Assembly (NCBI GenBank): GCA_000165345.1
Contig: CM000431.1
Span: 608,001-672,000 of the forward strand
Length of the DNA: 64,000 nt
Direction: 5' to 3'
The translations under genes and the position numbers were made by a program. Positions 32,637 through 43,401 of the stretch are shown here, piece after piece. The notes below the pieces were generated by a model. The model had not been told where the DNA came from. It ran no database searches and worked only from the letters and a program-made list of their open reading frames with translations. The stretch's first letter is position 1; every line of letters begins with the position of its first letter.

Positions 32637-33281
32637 ATGACGCTAACAAACAATGTACCAGTTGTTGATAATTGGGAGGATTTGTTAAATAGTGATAATG
32701 AGGATTCCTTTAATAACAACTCAGAATTCCAGACAAATTCGAATAATATTACTTCAACTTCAATTTCGAACAAGTGTTTTAATGACTATGAGGAACAGAG
32801 AAGATGCCAAGAGCTCGTTGAAGAGATGGATGGAAATGTAATGGACGATTTGTTTGACGGATTTGTAAGCCAACGCAAATCCACAAGTAAACTTCCCGGA
32901 AATAATTCTACTCATGCAATTTCGAATTTAAGCAACCAACAAGATGCGTTTAGTAATTTGAACTTGAACTCATATGGGAAAGTTGAAACTACTGCGTTTA
33001 AAATTGCAGAATGTATCAAGCCAGCTTTGGCTAAAAGTCCAGCCTGGCTCCGATTTATTGATATTTGCCTAAATGAGATTTTTCAAAAACTAGATTTAAA
33101 AGATCTGAAGACCTTAAAGAAAAAAGTTGACTTACAACTGTCAATTAGAGAAAAGGAGGAAAGAGAGAAGTCTCAGCAAAAGAAGAAGCCCAACGATTTT
33201 AGCACTCTTTCCAAAAACTTTAGGGAGGAACTCGACATATTTGATGGAATAGACTCCCTCGATGAGTCTGATGATTATTAG
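32637..33281 (+). CDS. Translation initiation factor eIF3 subunit J-like (eIF3j/HCR1).
   Basis: The 214-aa acidic protein has an N-terminal DNWEDLL...DNED stretch, the central LDLKDLKTLKKKVDLQLSIREKEEREKSQQKKK (compare eIF3j SLEIDDLKKITNSLTVLCSEKQKQEKQSKAKKKKK) and an acidic aromatic C-terminus, DIFDGIDSLDESDDY. Confidence 0.5.
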   Translation: MTLTNNVPVVDNWEDLLNSDNEDSFNNNSEFQTNSNNITSTSISNKCFNDYEEQRRCQELVEEMDGNVMDDLFDGFVSQRKSTSKLPGNNSTHAISNLSNQQDAFSNLNLNSYGKVETTAFKIAECIKPALAKSPAWLRFIDICLNEIFQKLDLKDLKTLKKKVDLQLSIREKEEREKSQQKKKPNDFSTLSKNFREELDIFDGIDSLDESDDY

Positions 33282-33382
33282 TTTCAAAAAGTTATAGTCT
33301 AAAAACTTTAGTGTTTTAATTTGTTATTATAATTGCCTTCGAAATCCCCTCATGTTTTTTAGTTGCCGCAAGCTGTTAATAT

Positions 33383-34816
33383 TTGATCAAAATGAGTCAA
33401 GATTTAATTTGTCGAAAAATAGCTCATCTAAAGGTTGATGCTGAAGCATCTATAAGAAATAGCTCTTCAAGAATTGAACGGATACTAAATGACGGCCTTC
33501 CGATATTCTCAGATGAAGTAGGTAGTTTTTCATCGAATGCAGAGAAGTTTTATATTTCAACGTCTAATAGAGAAATGGAAAATACAACGATAGGTGCGAA
33601 GAATTACTTAAATAATGCAAAGTGGGACTTAGTTAATAAGTACTATATTAATGTCTTGAAGAACCTAGACAGCCTAACGAATATCATTTTTTGCATACAA
33701 AAAAACTATTTTGACAACATACAATATATTAATATCTCGCAATCATATAACATGGCCTCAAGTATTGATAACATAACCACAAGGTCGCTTCGAATTAATG
33801 AGGCATCAAAAGGTGAATTGCTCATTTCATTATATAGAAGGTTATATATACTAAGACCTTTTATTGAAAAAATCAATAATGAAATTCTGAGGATACCAGA
33901 TCATATTATTACTCACAAATGTGCCCTTAGTACATTGAATGAACTATTACCTATTTGGAAAATTAGTATAAATTCCCAGGCCAAAAATGAATCTCAGTGT
34001 CTCTATAATCGTGAAAATAAATTGTCAAGTGTAATATGCCTGCAACTACCTCTTGAAAATGTTTTCTTCAAACAAGGAAGTTTTGTATCAAGGCCAATGG
34101 CACAAATAGATAATAATTGCTTGTTCAACGATGTACTTGTCACACTAACTTTCAGCAAGAATAAATTTAATCCTTACGGCGGAAAATATAACCTTCGTGC
34201 TTCTTTAAAACTCCCAGAATTTACTTCTTATTTGATCAACAATAATTATCAACTTTATGTTAAAACTAAACCAAGTGATTCAGAATCTAAAAACGTAACT
34301 TCCAGTACTCTTCCTCAAGTTGACTTCCCATCTTGCATAAAAAGCGCACTTGCAAAACAGATACATTCAACTCTTCATAGAGTTCACTGGGCATTAATTG
34401 ATAGGCTAATTTTCCATACCATTGTTCAACAAGTTGTCAATGCCCAAAAGGATTCTCCAGAAGCTATTTATATTAATGAACTAAGTAGTGAACGCGTTAT
34501 ATTTTCTATCAATGAAGCAAATCCATCAATTAGTTCGCATGATAATTCGAGTCTCGAAGTAAAAAATATATCTGTAAGTTATAAACCCATTAGCGTTGAA
34601 AATTTCTTTTTAAGTAATGATGAGCTGAATGCACTGAAATTACTTAGAGAGTCATTTTTAGAAATTTGGAGAAATTCCATTAAATTAAGTACAGATAATT
34701 TATTAGAAAACCAAATGTGTGTCATTAAATTAAGTAAATATTCTAATAAATTACTTGAAAGGTGGATTCATAAACTCGCAAAAAAATGCATAAACATTAG
34801 CGCAACATCTCTCTAA
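33383..34816 (+). CDS. Hypothetical protein.
   Basis: 477-aa ORF. I recognise no family. Confidence 0.35.
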   Translation: MIKMSQDLICRKIAHLKVDAEASIRNSSSRIERILNDGLPIFSDEVGSFSSNAEKFYISTSNREMENTTIGAKNYLNNAKWDLVNKYYINVLKNLDSLTNIIFCIQKNYFDNIQYINISQSYNMASSIDNITTRSLRINEASKGELLISLYRRLYILRPFIEKINNEILRIPDHIITHKCALSTLNELLPIWKISINSQAKNESQCLYNRENKLSSVICLQLPLENVFFKQGSFVSRPMAQIDNNCLFNDVLVTLTFSKNKFNPYGGKYNLRASLKLPEFTSYLINNNYQLYVKTKPSDSESKNVTSSTLPQVDFPSCIKSALAKQIHSTLHRVHWALIDRLIFHTIVQQVVNAQKDSPEAIYINELSSERVIFSINEANPSISSHDNSSLEVKNISVSYKPISVENFFLSNDELNALKLLRESFLEIWRNSIKLSTDNLLENQMCVIKLSKYSNKLLERWIHKLAKKCINISATSL

Positions 34817-34933
34817 AACGAGAATACAAAATTAACGATAATGAATTTTATTGGGAAAAATAGGCTGGATACCCATTATAGAATATATTTTTAAATTCTA
34901 CATTAGTTATATCTTTAATAATTTTTTGTCTAA

Positions 34934-36100
34934 ATGAAAAGTTTTTTTAGAAAGAGTTTAAATCCTATTCATAATACAAAGAGTGAAGCTTCACAGCAAA
35001 TAAAATCAAGTTTGGTTGCAATAAACTATCTTAGTATTAATATTGACCTCTCGAGCATTATTTTTTCAAGTGGCTACACACCATCTAGACTTGATATTTT
35101 AAATAAAGGTTTTCTTTTACTTTATTACACCGACCCCTACACTGCCACTATGGCAGCATGGTTCTTCGAAATTCAAGGAATTCCTGCTGCCACGATTTCA
35201 GGGTGGTCTCTTATTCGCATATGCGGCCCTATTACATTAGATGAAGTTACAGAAATTATATCATTCAAACCTTTTGCAATTACCTTCTTTAATTATAAGG
35301 TAAAGTATTCATGGATTGCTGTTCATGGAATTCACACAAAACAACTATTATTAAAATACATTAAGAATCAAAATTGGAATATTGTTGAGGCACTCCACAA
35401 CAGAAACTTTCAAGATGTTGTTGAAGTATTGGAAATATTCAATAATGAAGAAGTCCCAAATTGCTATAATAAATTGGAATACATGTTTGTAAGCCTTCTT
35501 GAAAAAAAAAGTTATAATATAGATAATCCGGATCAATATAGGTTACATCAAAAATTAGTTCTACTATCTAGATGTTCTAGACTAACTAATGAAATTTACT
35601 TAAATGGAGTATATATGAAAAATACCCATGAAAGTTACCAATCTCCTATTAAGAGGGATTTGCTACTTGCAATTAGAAAGTATCTATATAGTATTCCAAT
35701 TTTTACAGAAGCTTGTATATCTAAAAGCTCTCTCAAATCATTGAAAACAGAAGAATGGTGCTTAGGACTAGATGAAAAACACATATATAGAAGAGAGAAC
35801 GGGTGTTTTAATGACTGCATAGAAACAAACAGCAATTACAAAGCGCAAAGCAATCATTCTGTAAGCAGAAATAAGTTACTTGAACGCATGTTAAGGGTTA
35901 TATTGATAGAATTAATTACCCATTTCAGAGTAAAGTATAATAATAGCAAATACCCAAATATCACTGAAGTGAGTGAATTATGGAAAATTAGGTTTGGAAT
36001 AGAAGTTGACATTATTCAATTGTTCAAAATGGCGGGACTTTATGAAGAAATTAAAAATATTGTCGAAGCTACTAAAGAAATTAAAATAACAAGAGATTGA
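34934..36100 (+). CDS. Hypothetical protein.
   Basis: 388-aa ORF. I recognise no family. Confidence 0.35.
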   Translation: MKSFFRKSLNPIHNTKSEASQQIKSSLVAINYLSINIDLSSIIFSSGYTPSRLDILNKGFLLLYYTDPYTATMAAWFFEIQGIPAATISGWSLIRICGPITLDEVTEIISFKPFAITFFNYKVKYSWIAVHGIHTKQLLLKYIKNQNWNIVEALHNRNFQDVVEVLEIFNNEEVPNCYNKLEYMFVSLLEKKSYNIDNPDQYRLHQKLVLLSRCSRLTNEIYLNGVYMKNTHESYQSPIKRDLLLAIRKYLYSIPIFTEACISKSSLKSLKTEEWCLGLDEKHIYRRENGCFNDCIETNSNYKAQSNHSVSRNKLLERMLRVILIELITHFRVKYNNSKYPNITEVSELWKIRFGIEVDIIQLFKMAGLYEEIKNIVEATKEIKITRD

Positions 36101-36282
36101 TTCAAATTCGGACAAAACCATTTTTCCAAAATATTAGCCATATGCAAACTCCGATTACAAAAGTGCTGATATTTTCAGGTTTTTGTATCTTAATTAGGTA
36201 AAAATTATTCAAAATTATAATTTGTTATTTTTGTATATATAAAATCTAGACCTCTTTTTTTAATTGTTGATCAGGCCGCGAC

Positions 36283-37629
36283 TTGTTATCAAAAATGTTC
36301 TTTGATAAAAGGATATTGGCACTGCTAATGAATCCATTTAGGAGAAATATTAAGAGAAATTCCTTCAATATTAATACATTTAATAGAAAATGCTTTGATT
36401 TATTCAGAAATAAAGATAGTTTTCGTTTTAATTATACAATTTTTTCAATTTCTATATCCTTTGCCTTTCTCGCCAAATACTATTTTCAAAATACAAGAAA
36501 GCAGTTGAATATGAAAGCGATATCTAGTGATGAAATTGAAATTTTAAGTTCAAAATCTAAGAATATGATAGTATTAAATTTAATAAAAGGAATGGAAATT
36601 AATAAAAGCAATTTTATTAAAGAGTTGAGCAAGCAAATAAAAAGCAAAGAATTGAATAGGTTGAACATTCAAATATATTATACTGAAAACAATTGCAGTG
36701 AAAGCGCACCTAATGTTACTCTTTTCAAGGGATATGGGAGCCGAATTTCCAATATTGATTTAAATTTTAAAAACAATAACATTGAACAAATTAAATCATT
36801 TTTTGACCCAAAATCTGAAAAAATAATAAATGGCAATCCTTCAACTATAAAAAACATATCTCATGATACTTTTGAAAGTGATGTGATAAATAAAAGCGAC
36901 GAAAATAACCCATTGTTGCTTATGTATTATGACGATTACTGCTTAATGTGTTTTCTCATTAGACCATTGATTAATTCTTTAGCGGCAAGACTAAGAAACA
37001 CAAAAAATATACAGTTTGGTAGATATAATATTGGAAGAAATGATCTACACGAGTTCTCACCGCCTGTAAAGGCAACGCCATCATTTGTATTATTTCGTGG
37101 TAGGCAAGAGCCTGAACGATTGGATGAGTACAAGCCAAAAGATATAATAAACAAAATTATTGAAATTAAATGCAGAGTTGAAAACAATGATTGTGGCAAA
37201 AAAGAGTTAGCTGAACTTAGCACTTTGGAGCAAAAGGTTTTAATTAGATTTCATTTATTCACAGTTTTAAACATTTGGAATCTATATTTAAAGGAACTCC
37301 AAGCCAAATTAATTAATACTCCAAAAAGTCAATTTGATCAATTAAATTTTATGCATCTTGAAGAATTACTTTCTATTTCATGTTTATTTCTGCAAGATCA
37401 AAATGTCTCATCAAAAAACAGCAAAAGTTTTGACGAAATAAATTTTGAAAAAATAAGCTACGACAAAATTGCTGAAAACATTAACTTTCAAGAAATTTTC
37501 TTGGAAAATATTAAAAAAGACATGAAGAGATCTGATACAATAGAAGAGAATATTAATCACCTTCTAAATGAGATTGAGGGATGTTGTAATGATTATATAG
37601 CTATGAAAAAATTGATAAAAAATAGTTAG
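36283..37629 (+). CDS. Thioredoxin-fold domain-containing protein.
   Basis: The 448-aa ORF has a central thioredoxin-like segment, LLMYYDDYCLMCFLIRPLINSLAARL...ATPSFVLFRG, with a CxxC-type motif. Confidence 0.4.
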   Translation: MLSKMFFDKRILALLMNPFRRNIKRNSFNINTFNRKCFDLFRNKDSFRFNYTIFSISISFAFLAKYYFQNTRKQLNMKAISSDEIEILSSKSKNMIVLNLIKGMEINKSNFIKELSKQIKSKELNRLNIQIYYTENNCSESAPNVTLFKGYGSRISNIDLNFKNNNIEQIKSFFDPKSEKIINGNPSTIKNISHDTFESDVINKSDENNPLLLMYYDDYCLMCFLIRPLINSLAARLRNTKNIQFGRYNIGRNDLHEFSPPVKATPSFVLFRGRQEPERLDEYKPKDIINKIIEIKCRVENNDCGKKELAELSTLEQKVLIRFHLFTVLNIWNLYLKELQAKLINTPKSQFDQLNFMHLEELLSISCLFLQDQNVSSKNSKSFDEINFEKISYDKIAENINFQEIFLENIKKDMKRSDTIEENINHLLNEIEGCCNDYIAMKKLIKNS

Positions 37630-38048
37630 CATATCTGTATTTTGATATTTGAATGGTTATAATATTCTTCTTTGGGAATTGCAACTTCTTCAATTTTGCT
37701 AATCTCTGTAGAAATATTATCAAAACATGGGCAAATCAAAATTAAGTTTCCAAAAACCATTGTCTCGTTAAATTGCAGTGATTTTTGCAATATTTTATTA
37801 TTTCTAAAGCTCACAAAATAAATATCATGTCCTTCTTTAACATAGCCATTTATCCAATGGTCTATTGGCCCAATTTCATATTCCAACTTTGGCCTAATTA
37901 AACTAATTAAATGTCTTGGAAATCCAGAAATAATTACCCAGTCTTCACTTTTAATGCTGTCTAAGTTCTCACCAGCAGCGTAATTAGTAAATTTTTGTTC
38001 AGATGTTACTTCGAAACGTTCTCTTGGAATCAATAATTCCCTACTCAT
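37626..38048 (-). CDS. Nucleoporin Nup35/Nup53-like; contains an MPPN (RRM-like) domain.
   Basis: The 140-aa ORF has WVIISGFPRHLISLIRPKLEYEIGPIDHWINGYVKEGHDIYFVSFRNNKILQKSLQFNETMVFGNLILICPC, which matches the Nup35 MPPN signature (WVTVFGFP...I..H.........I.Y.....A...A......G..IGV.PC). It may lack additional exons. Confidence 0.45.
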   Translation of the reverse strand: MSRELLIPRERFEVTSEQKFTNYAAGENLDSIKSEDWVIISGFPRHLISLIRPKLEYEIGPIDHWINGYVKEGHDIYFVSFRNNKILQKSLQFNETMVFGNLILICPCFDNISTEISKIEEVAIPKEEYYNHSNIKIQIC

Positions 38049-38338
38049 TTTTTCTTCTGCCGTTATTTCAACACGCGCAAGTATCCCTTAAAAAAAAAAA
38101 AAATCAAATCATCAAGTATAAAAATTAATATTTTTTACAATTTAGAATAGAAAGTTCTCAACAAATACGTGATGAATTATAAATCAATAGATAGATCAAT
38201 TAAAAGACTATATTGGGAAATGCTAAATATCGCCAAATTATCTTTGGCTAGGCAATACTATTATTTCGAAATGTAGCCACTTTAATTAATTACGTCATAA
38301 ATAACTATACCTTTCTAAACTGATGGTTATGGAGACGC

Positions 38339-38411
38339 GGCCTCGTCGTCTAATGGATATGACGTTGGTCTTCGGAACCAAAGGTTGTGGGTTCGAGTCC
38401 CATCGGGGTCG
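38339..38411 (+). tRNA. tRNA-Arg, anticodon UCG.
   Basis: GGCCTCGTCGTCTAATGGATATGACGTTGGTCTTCGGAACCAAAGGTTGTGGGTTCGAGTCCCATCGGGGTCG folds as a 73-nt cloverleaf. It has a 7-bp acceptor stem with two G-U pairs, a D-loop with GG, a 5-bp anticodon stem (TTGGT/ACCAA) and the anticodon loop CTTCGGA, giving anticodon TCG. The T-arm is GTGGG-TTCGAGT-CCCAT. There is no intron. Confidence 0.85.
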
Positions 38412-38436
38412 TTTATTCCGTTTTTAAATTTATTGT

Positions 38437-39750
38437 TTAGGTAATGTAATTCCCCGATTGAAATACCTGTTGTAATGAGCTATATTCCTTTTGTAGTCTA
38501 GCTGCATTTTTAGATTTTTTTTCACGTTTCGATTGAGTTTTCAATAACTCTACAACGGTTTTGCGAAGCCTTTTAGTGTCTACGTGAAAATAAGGACAGC
38601 CATCCATGTTTTCATTCGCATAATCTTCGTCATCTTCAAAGAGGAACCTAGACTCTGTTGAATCAATAGAATCTAGTACCTGACACTTTAATAGCTTATT
38701 TTTAAGCCGCTCATATAATATAGAAATGCGGTCTGAAATGTGCATATTTTTTTTTGTAATTCTAGTTAGTGCCAATCTGATCCTTGACCAAAGAGTTGTA
38801 AGGGGAATGTGCGCAGAGAGTAGTTTTGGCCAGTCGTTATATTTAATTTCGTCTATGTGAGAATAGTTATATCTGGTTTCATAAAGATAATTTACGGCTT
38901 GAGAAAATGTGTTAGAAATGAGGGACAAGGCCTGTTCATCTTGAATATATTTGAGCTTTGGATAGAGAGAAGAAACATACCTTAAGCGAATTTGTCCTTG
39001 GCTTATTTTCCCATAAAAATTGGATAGATCAGTTCCATCTATAGGTTGAAGATTAATACCTAACTTTTCGTTTATCTTTCTGCAACATTTTTTCCAAAAA
39101 TAAATAAACTCTGTAGGAAAATTTGGGGAGCAAAGTGATTCAATAATTGTCTTCCATGAAATTCCTTTGAATGGGAGAAATTTTCCAGTATAGCGTTCAA
39201 TGCAATAAAGTACAAATACGTCAATTACAAAAGGCATTTTTGATTTAAGCGGTTTTTCAATCTGGGAATTAAGATTTAAAATATATCCTGAATCATTCGA
39301 GTCATTTTCAACAATTTTTGTATGTAAATCACGCCATTTGTCCCTAATAGAGGCTGCTGATCTTCCAATAAATTCAACAAACATGCTCCATTTCTTCCCA
39401 TGTTCATTAACGAGTTTAATAAGTTCTTGCTCCTCTTCTTTTGTCCACTTTCCCTTTTTTCCTCGCATTAGCATCCTTTTTGCGCAATAATATATCGACT
39501 GAAGCGACCTATTTGGTAGAGACTCTCCAATAATTGGCCAATGTCTGTCTTTTTTCCCACCCCTTGTAGAAAATAAATTATCTAACCCTTCATCCCAGTT
39601 CCATTGTTGAGACTTTATGTAGTCTTTAACTGAATTATTAATTATATCTCTCTCGCTTGAGCTGAACTTTCCCTTTAATATATTTCGATTATTTAAATGA
39701 TCGTTCCAACTTCTTGTTTGAAATATATTACTTGCCATGTTCGTTTTCAC
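38437..39750 (-). CDS. Myb/SANT-like DNA-binding domain protein (Reb1/TTF-I/DMTF1-like).
   Basis: The 437-aa ORF has tandem Myb-like repeats with regularly spaced Trp: W..IGESLPNRSLQSIYYCAKRM, then KWTKEEEQELIKLVNEHGKKWSMFVEFIGRSAASIRDKWRDL. Confidence 0.55.
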   Translation of the reverse strand: MKTNMASNIFQTRSWNDHLNNRNILKGKFSSSERDIINNSVKDYIKSQQWNWDEGLDNLFSTRGGKKDRHWPIIGESLPNRSLQSIYYCAKRMLMRGKKGKWTKEEEQELIKLVNEHGKKWSMFVEFIGRSAASIRDKWRDLHTKIVENDSNDSGYILNLNSQIEKPLKSKMPFVIDVFVLYCIERYTGKFLPFKGISWKTIIESLCSPNFPTEFIYFWKKCCRKINEKLGINLQPIDGTDLSNFYGKISQGQIRLRYVSSLYPKLKYIQDEQALSLISNTFSQAVNYLYETRYNYSHIDEIKYNDWPKLLSAHIPLTTLWSRIRLALTRITKKNMHISDRISILYERLKNKLLKCQVLDSIDSTESRFLFEDDEDYANENMDGCPYFHVDTKRLRKTVVELLKTQSKREKKSKNAARLQKEYSSLQQVFQSGNYIT

Positions 39751-39836
39751 GCTTATTTTTTGTTATATTTTTTCAATCCGGCTTGGAGCGCCAACATACT
39801 GCTTGTGTGAATTAAATTTCATTAGCTAAAGTTGAT

Positions 39837-41558
39837 ATGAATAAAGTATTGCGAAGCGATAATTTAATTGAAACGAGTTCTCAAAACAGCTCTAAACACT
39901 CATTTAGCTTGCAACTATCTGACTATTTTAGGCTATTAATAGATCGATCGATTGAAATTAGAAATTGGAGAAGGGGCGAAAAATATTGTACAGTATTACA
40001 ACTAATCAAACCGTTAGAAATTTGCGATACTTTAAGATGGTGCGAATGTCTATTTAATTTAGCAGATTACTCTGCTGTTATCAGGATTTCCCAAAATACG
40101 TTAATTGAAAACGTGAATGGCTATTGCCCAGACAAGATAAAAATTTTTATATTCAGATCAAAAAGTGAATTTTTTATGGGAAAATATTCAAATAGTATTG
40201 AAACATCAAATTTAATATTGGAAACAATTAAGCATGGACTAAATATAGAGCCAGATGTTAAAAAAAAATTGCTTCTTAAACAACTAAGAGTAAGGGTTTT
40301 GCTTATTAAAGCTCGAATATTTGAATTAAATAATATGTTTGATGAGTGTGATAAAATTTACACGGGCATATTATTAGAGGATGATCCAATGAATATTGTA
40401 TCTTTAGAAATGGTGTTTTGCTCACATAAATTTACATTAAATGAAAAGATTGAGATATTTAAGAAATGGAAAGATTTTATTCCAAAATCTTATTACTGGA
40501 TTTTAATAATTGTTTGGTACAGAATAATGCATGATTACTCGCGAATGATAGACTGCTATAATGGAGACCTCGAAGAAGACTTAATTTCATTCTCTCTAGA
40601 CTCAAAAATATCCTTGAATAAACTTCTAATGAATATACCCGTCTACTCTAAAAAGATGGTATTCTTAAAGGACAAAATTTTCTCCTTAGCTAATTTAAGT
40701 AATAATAATTCATTAAAAACACAAATTTTTGACGTTTCGAGTCATTTGGATTGTGAAACTCACATAATTATGCAAATGATCTCGGCAATATATGACTCAG
40801 GATATATTTTGACAATTTCAAACATTCTTGATGAAAAAATTCCTTCTTCACCGCTTTCAATCTTCACAATGGGATGCTACTATTATAAACAGTCAGCGTA
40901 TTCGAAGTCAGCGCACCTTTTTAGAAAAGTAATAGAGATAGAGCCTGGATTTTACGAAGCTCATCTGCTACTTGCGCATTCACTTTCACTTAACAATAAT
41001 AGTAAGCAAGCAATTATTGTTTATTCGCATATTCAAGACCAATGGAGAGGAAGTTGTTATGGAACTCTATATAAGGGCGTAGAATATTTGAAAAGTAATA
41101 ACTATGACATGGCAGCACTAAATTTAAGAAGCTCCCTCACACAATTTTCTGATAACCCAATTATACTGAATGAATTTGGGGTTTTACAATTTTATCAAAA
41201 GAAATTTTATGAATCAGAAGAAACATTTAGAAAAGCGCTTCATAAGTTACATATAAATAAGAGTAACCACTTAAAATATGTTTTAGAAATAAATATGAGC
41301 TGTTCAATCATCTGGTCGATACTATATTGTGAAGAAATAGTTTGTAAGTCCCGTGTAGTTGAGGCAATTTCAATTCTTGAAAGGTGCAGTAAAATAAACA
41401 ACTCAGCTAATAAAGTGTATTTAGTTAGCTTTCTTCTCGCAGTTGCATATCAGATAAGTGGTGAAAAAAATAAGGCAAATTTAAAATATTTGGAATGCGT
41501 TAGTTTAGGTATTTTTCATCCAATTACCTTAAAATCCTTACACACGATCTGTAGCTAG
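39837..41558 (+). CDS. TPR-repeat protein, possibly an anaphase-promoting complex subunit (Cdc16/Cdc23-like).
   Basis: The 573-aa ORF has several TPR-like helical repeats in its C-terminal half (...AYSKSAHLFRKVIEIEPGFYEAHLLLAHSL...). Assignment to the APC is tentative. Confidence 0.35.
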   Translation: MNKVLRSDNLIETSSQNSSKHSFSLQLSDYFRLLIDRSIEIRNWRRGEKYCTVLQLIKPLEICDTLRWCECLFNLADYSAVIRISQNTLIENVNGYCPDKIKIFIFRSKSEFFMGKYSNSIETSNLILETIKHGLNIEPDVKKKLLLKQLRVRVLLIKARIFELNNMFDECDKIYTGILLEDDPMNIVSLEMVFCSHKFTLNEKIEIFKKWKDFIPKSYYWILIIVWYRIMHDYSRMIDCYNGDLEEDLISFSLDSKISLNKLLMNIPVYSKKMVFLKDKIFSLANLSNNNSLKTQIFDVSSHLDCETHIIMQMISAIYDSGYILTISNILDEKIPSSPLSIFTMGCYYYKQSAYSKSAHLFRKVIEIEPGFYEAHLLLAHSLSLNNNSKQAIIVYSHIQDQWRGSCYGTLYKGVEYLKSNNYDMAALNLRSSLTQFSDNPIILNEFGVLQFYQKKFYESEETFRKALHKLHINKSNHLKYVLEINMSCSIIWSILYCEEIVCKSRVVEAISILERCSKINNSANKVYLVSFLLAVAYQISGEKNKANLKYLECVSLGIFHPITLKSLHTICS

Positions 41559-41565
41559 TTGTTAA

Positions 41566-42474
41566 TTGGCGCTTAAAGTTTATACCCTCACTAATTATAA
41601 ATTTTTGTTACAAATTTTCAAAAGTTGTATTACAATGAATGCCTACTTAAATGCTTATTTTTCTGAAAAATCAACAAATGGGTTCTTATTCGAAAATAAT
41701 ATTGCAACTGCTCCCTGCCTATCTGACTCAACTGAGCTTAAAACAGTTAAAACTGGTACTACGATTGTAGGAGTTGCTTGCAACGATTGTGTTGTTCTTG
41801 GTGCAGATACTAGAGCAACGAATGGTCCTATTGTTGCAGATAAAGATTGCGAAAAGATACACCGACTTTCAGATAACATTTTTGCTGCTGGGGCAGGAAC
41901 TGCTGCTGACCTTGATCATGTAACTTCTCTTATTGAGGGGAATTTAGAATTGCAGAAACTTCAAATGAATCGAAAACCCAGAGTAGCGCATGCGGTTTCT
42001 ATGCTTAGCGACCACTTATATAAATACCAAGGCTATATTGGTGCCCATTTGATAGTTGCAGGCTCCGATTCTACAGGAAATTTTGTATTCCAAGTTTCAG
42101 CAAATGGTTGTATCATGCAGTTGCCGTTTACATCTATGGGGAGTGGTTCTCTATGCGCAAGGTCGATATTAGAAGCAAGGTATAGGGATGGTCTAACAGA
42201 GAGTGAATGTGTAGAATTAGTTTCAGATGCGATTAGGGCAGGGATTTATAATGATCTCTATAGTGGAAGTAACGTAAATATTCTTATTATCAAAAACAAT
42301 TATGTTAAACATTTCAGACATTTTGATACTAAGGCCAGTGAAAGAATCTACCGACAGCCAAAGCCCATTTCATTTCCCGTTGGTACAACTCCAATTATTG
42401 CAGAAAAGACGGAAGATTTGAGCTCATTTGTTGTGGAGGTATCTGAAGTACAAATCGATGAAAATATGGATTAA
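41566..42474 (+). CDS. PSMB7: Proteasome subunit beta type-7 (beta2, trypsin-like).
   Basis: The 302-aa ORF has a propeptide followed by TGTTIVGVACNDCVVLGADTRATNGPIVADKDCEKIH, GAGTAADLDHVT and YQGYIGAHLIVAGSD. It has the beta2-type C-terminal extension. Confidence 0.85.
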   Translation: MALKVYTLTNYKFLLQIFKSCITMNAYLNAYFSEKSTNGFLFENNIATAPCLSDSTELKTVKTGTTIVGVACNDCVVLGADTRATNGPIVADKDCEKIHRLSDNIFAAGAGTAADLDHVTSLIEGNLELQKLQMNRKPRVAHAVSMLSDHLYKYQGYIGAHLIVAGSDSTGNFVFQVSANGCIMQLPFTSMGSGSLCARSILEARYRDGLTESECVELVSDAIRAGIYNDLYSGSNVNILIIKNNYVKHFRHFDTKASERIYRQPKPISFPVGTTPIIAEKTEDLSSFVVEVSEVQIDENMD

Positions 42475-42604
42475 ATATTACTAAAATAGACTTTCAATAG
42501 GATAGACAAACTAAAACTTTAATCTCAAAATTTATGGTGGCTAGTGCCACCTGTTCCTTCAACCGTTAGTCCGATGTTTTTAGTAATTAAAGCTTGATCA
42601 TTAA

Positions 42605-43102
<498 letters not shown>

Positions 43103-43401
43103 TTAGAAACAAAAAAAAAAATAAAGAAGTGGACAGCATCAAAAGTAATTAAACATTAATATTGTACAGACACATTTATGTATTTAGCTTAAAATAATAC
43201 TCGATTTTCGAAATTTTGATTTATGAGTTTCTATCCTTAAATTTATATTTAAAAATAAACAAAATATGGTAAATATCAAACTCAAGATTTTATATTTAGT
43301 TTAAGATTGAAATTGTTGGTTCACTTTTTATTCTAGTTGAAATTCAAAGAAAAAATGTAAAATTAGTTTGCGCGCGTAGAATTTAGTCGTTACTTTTTAG
43401 A

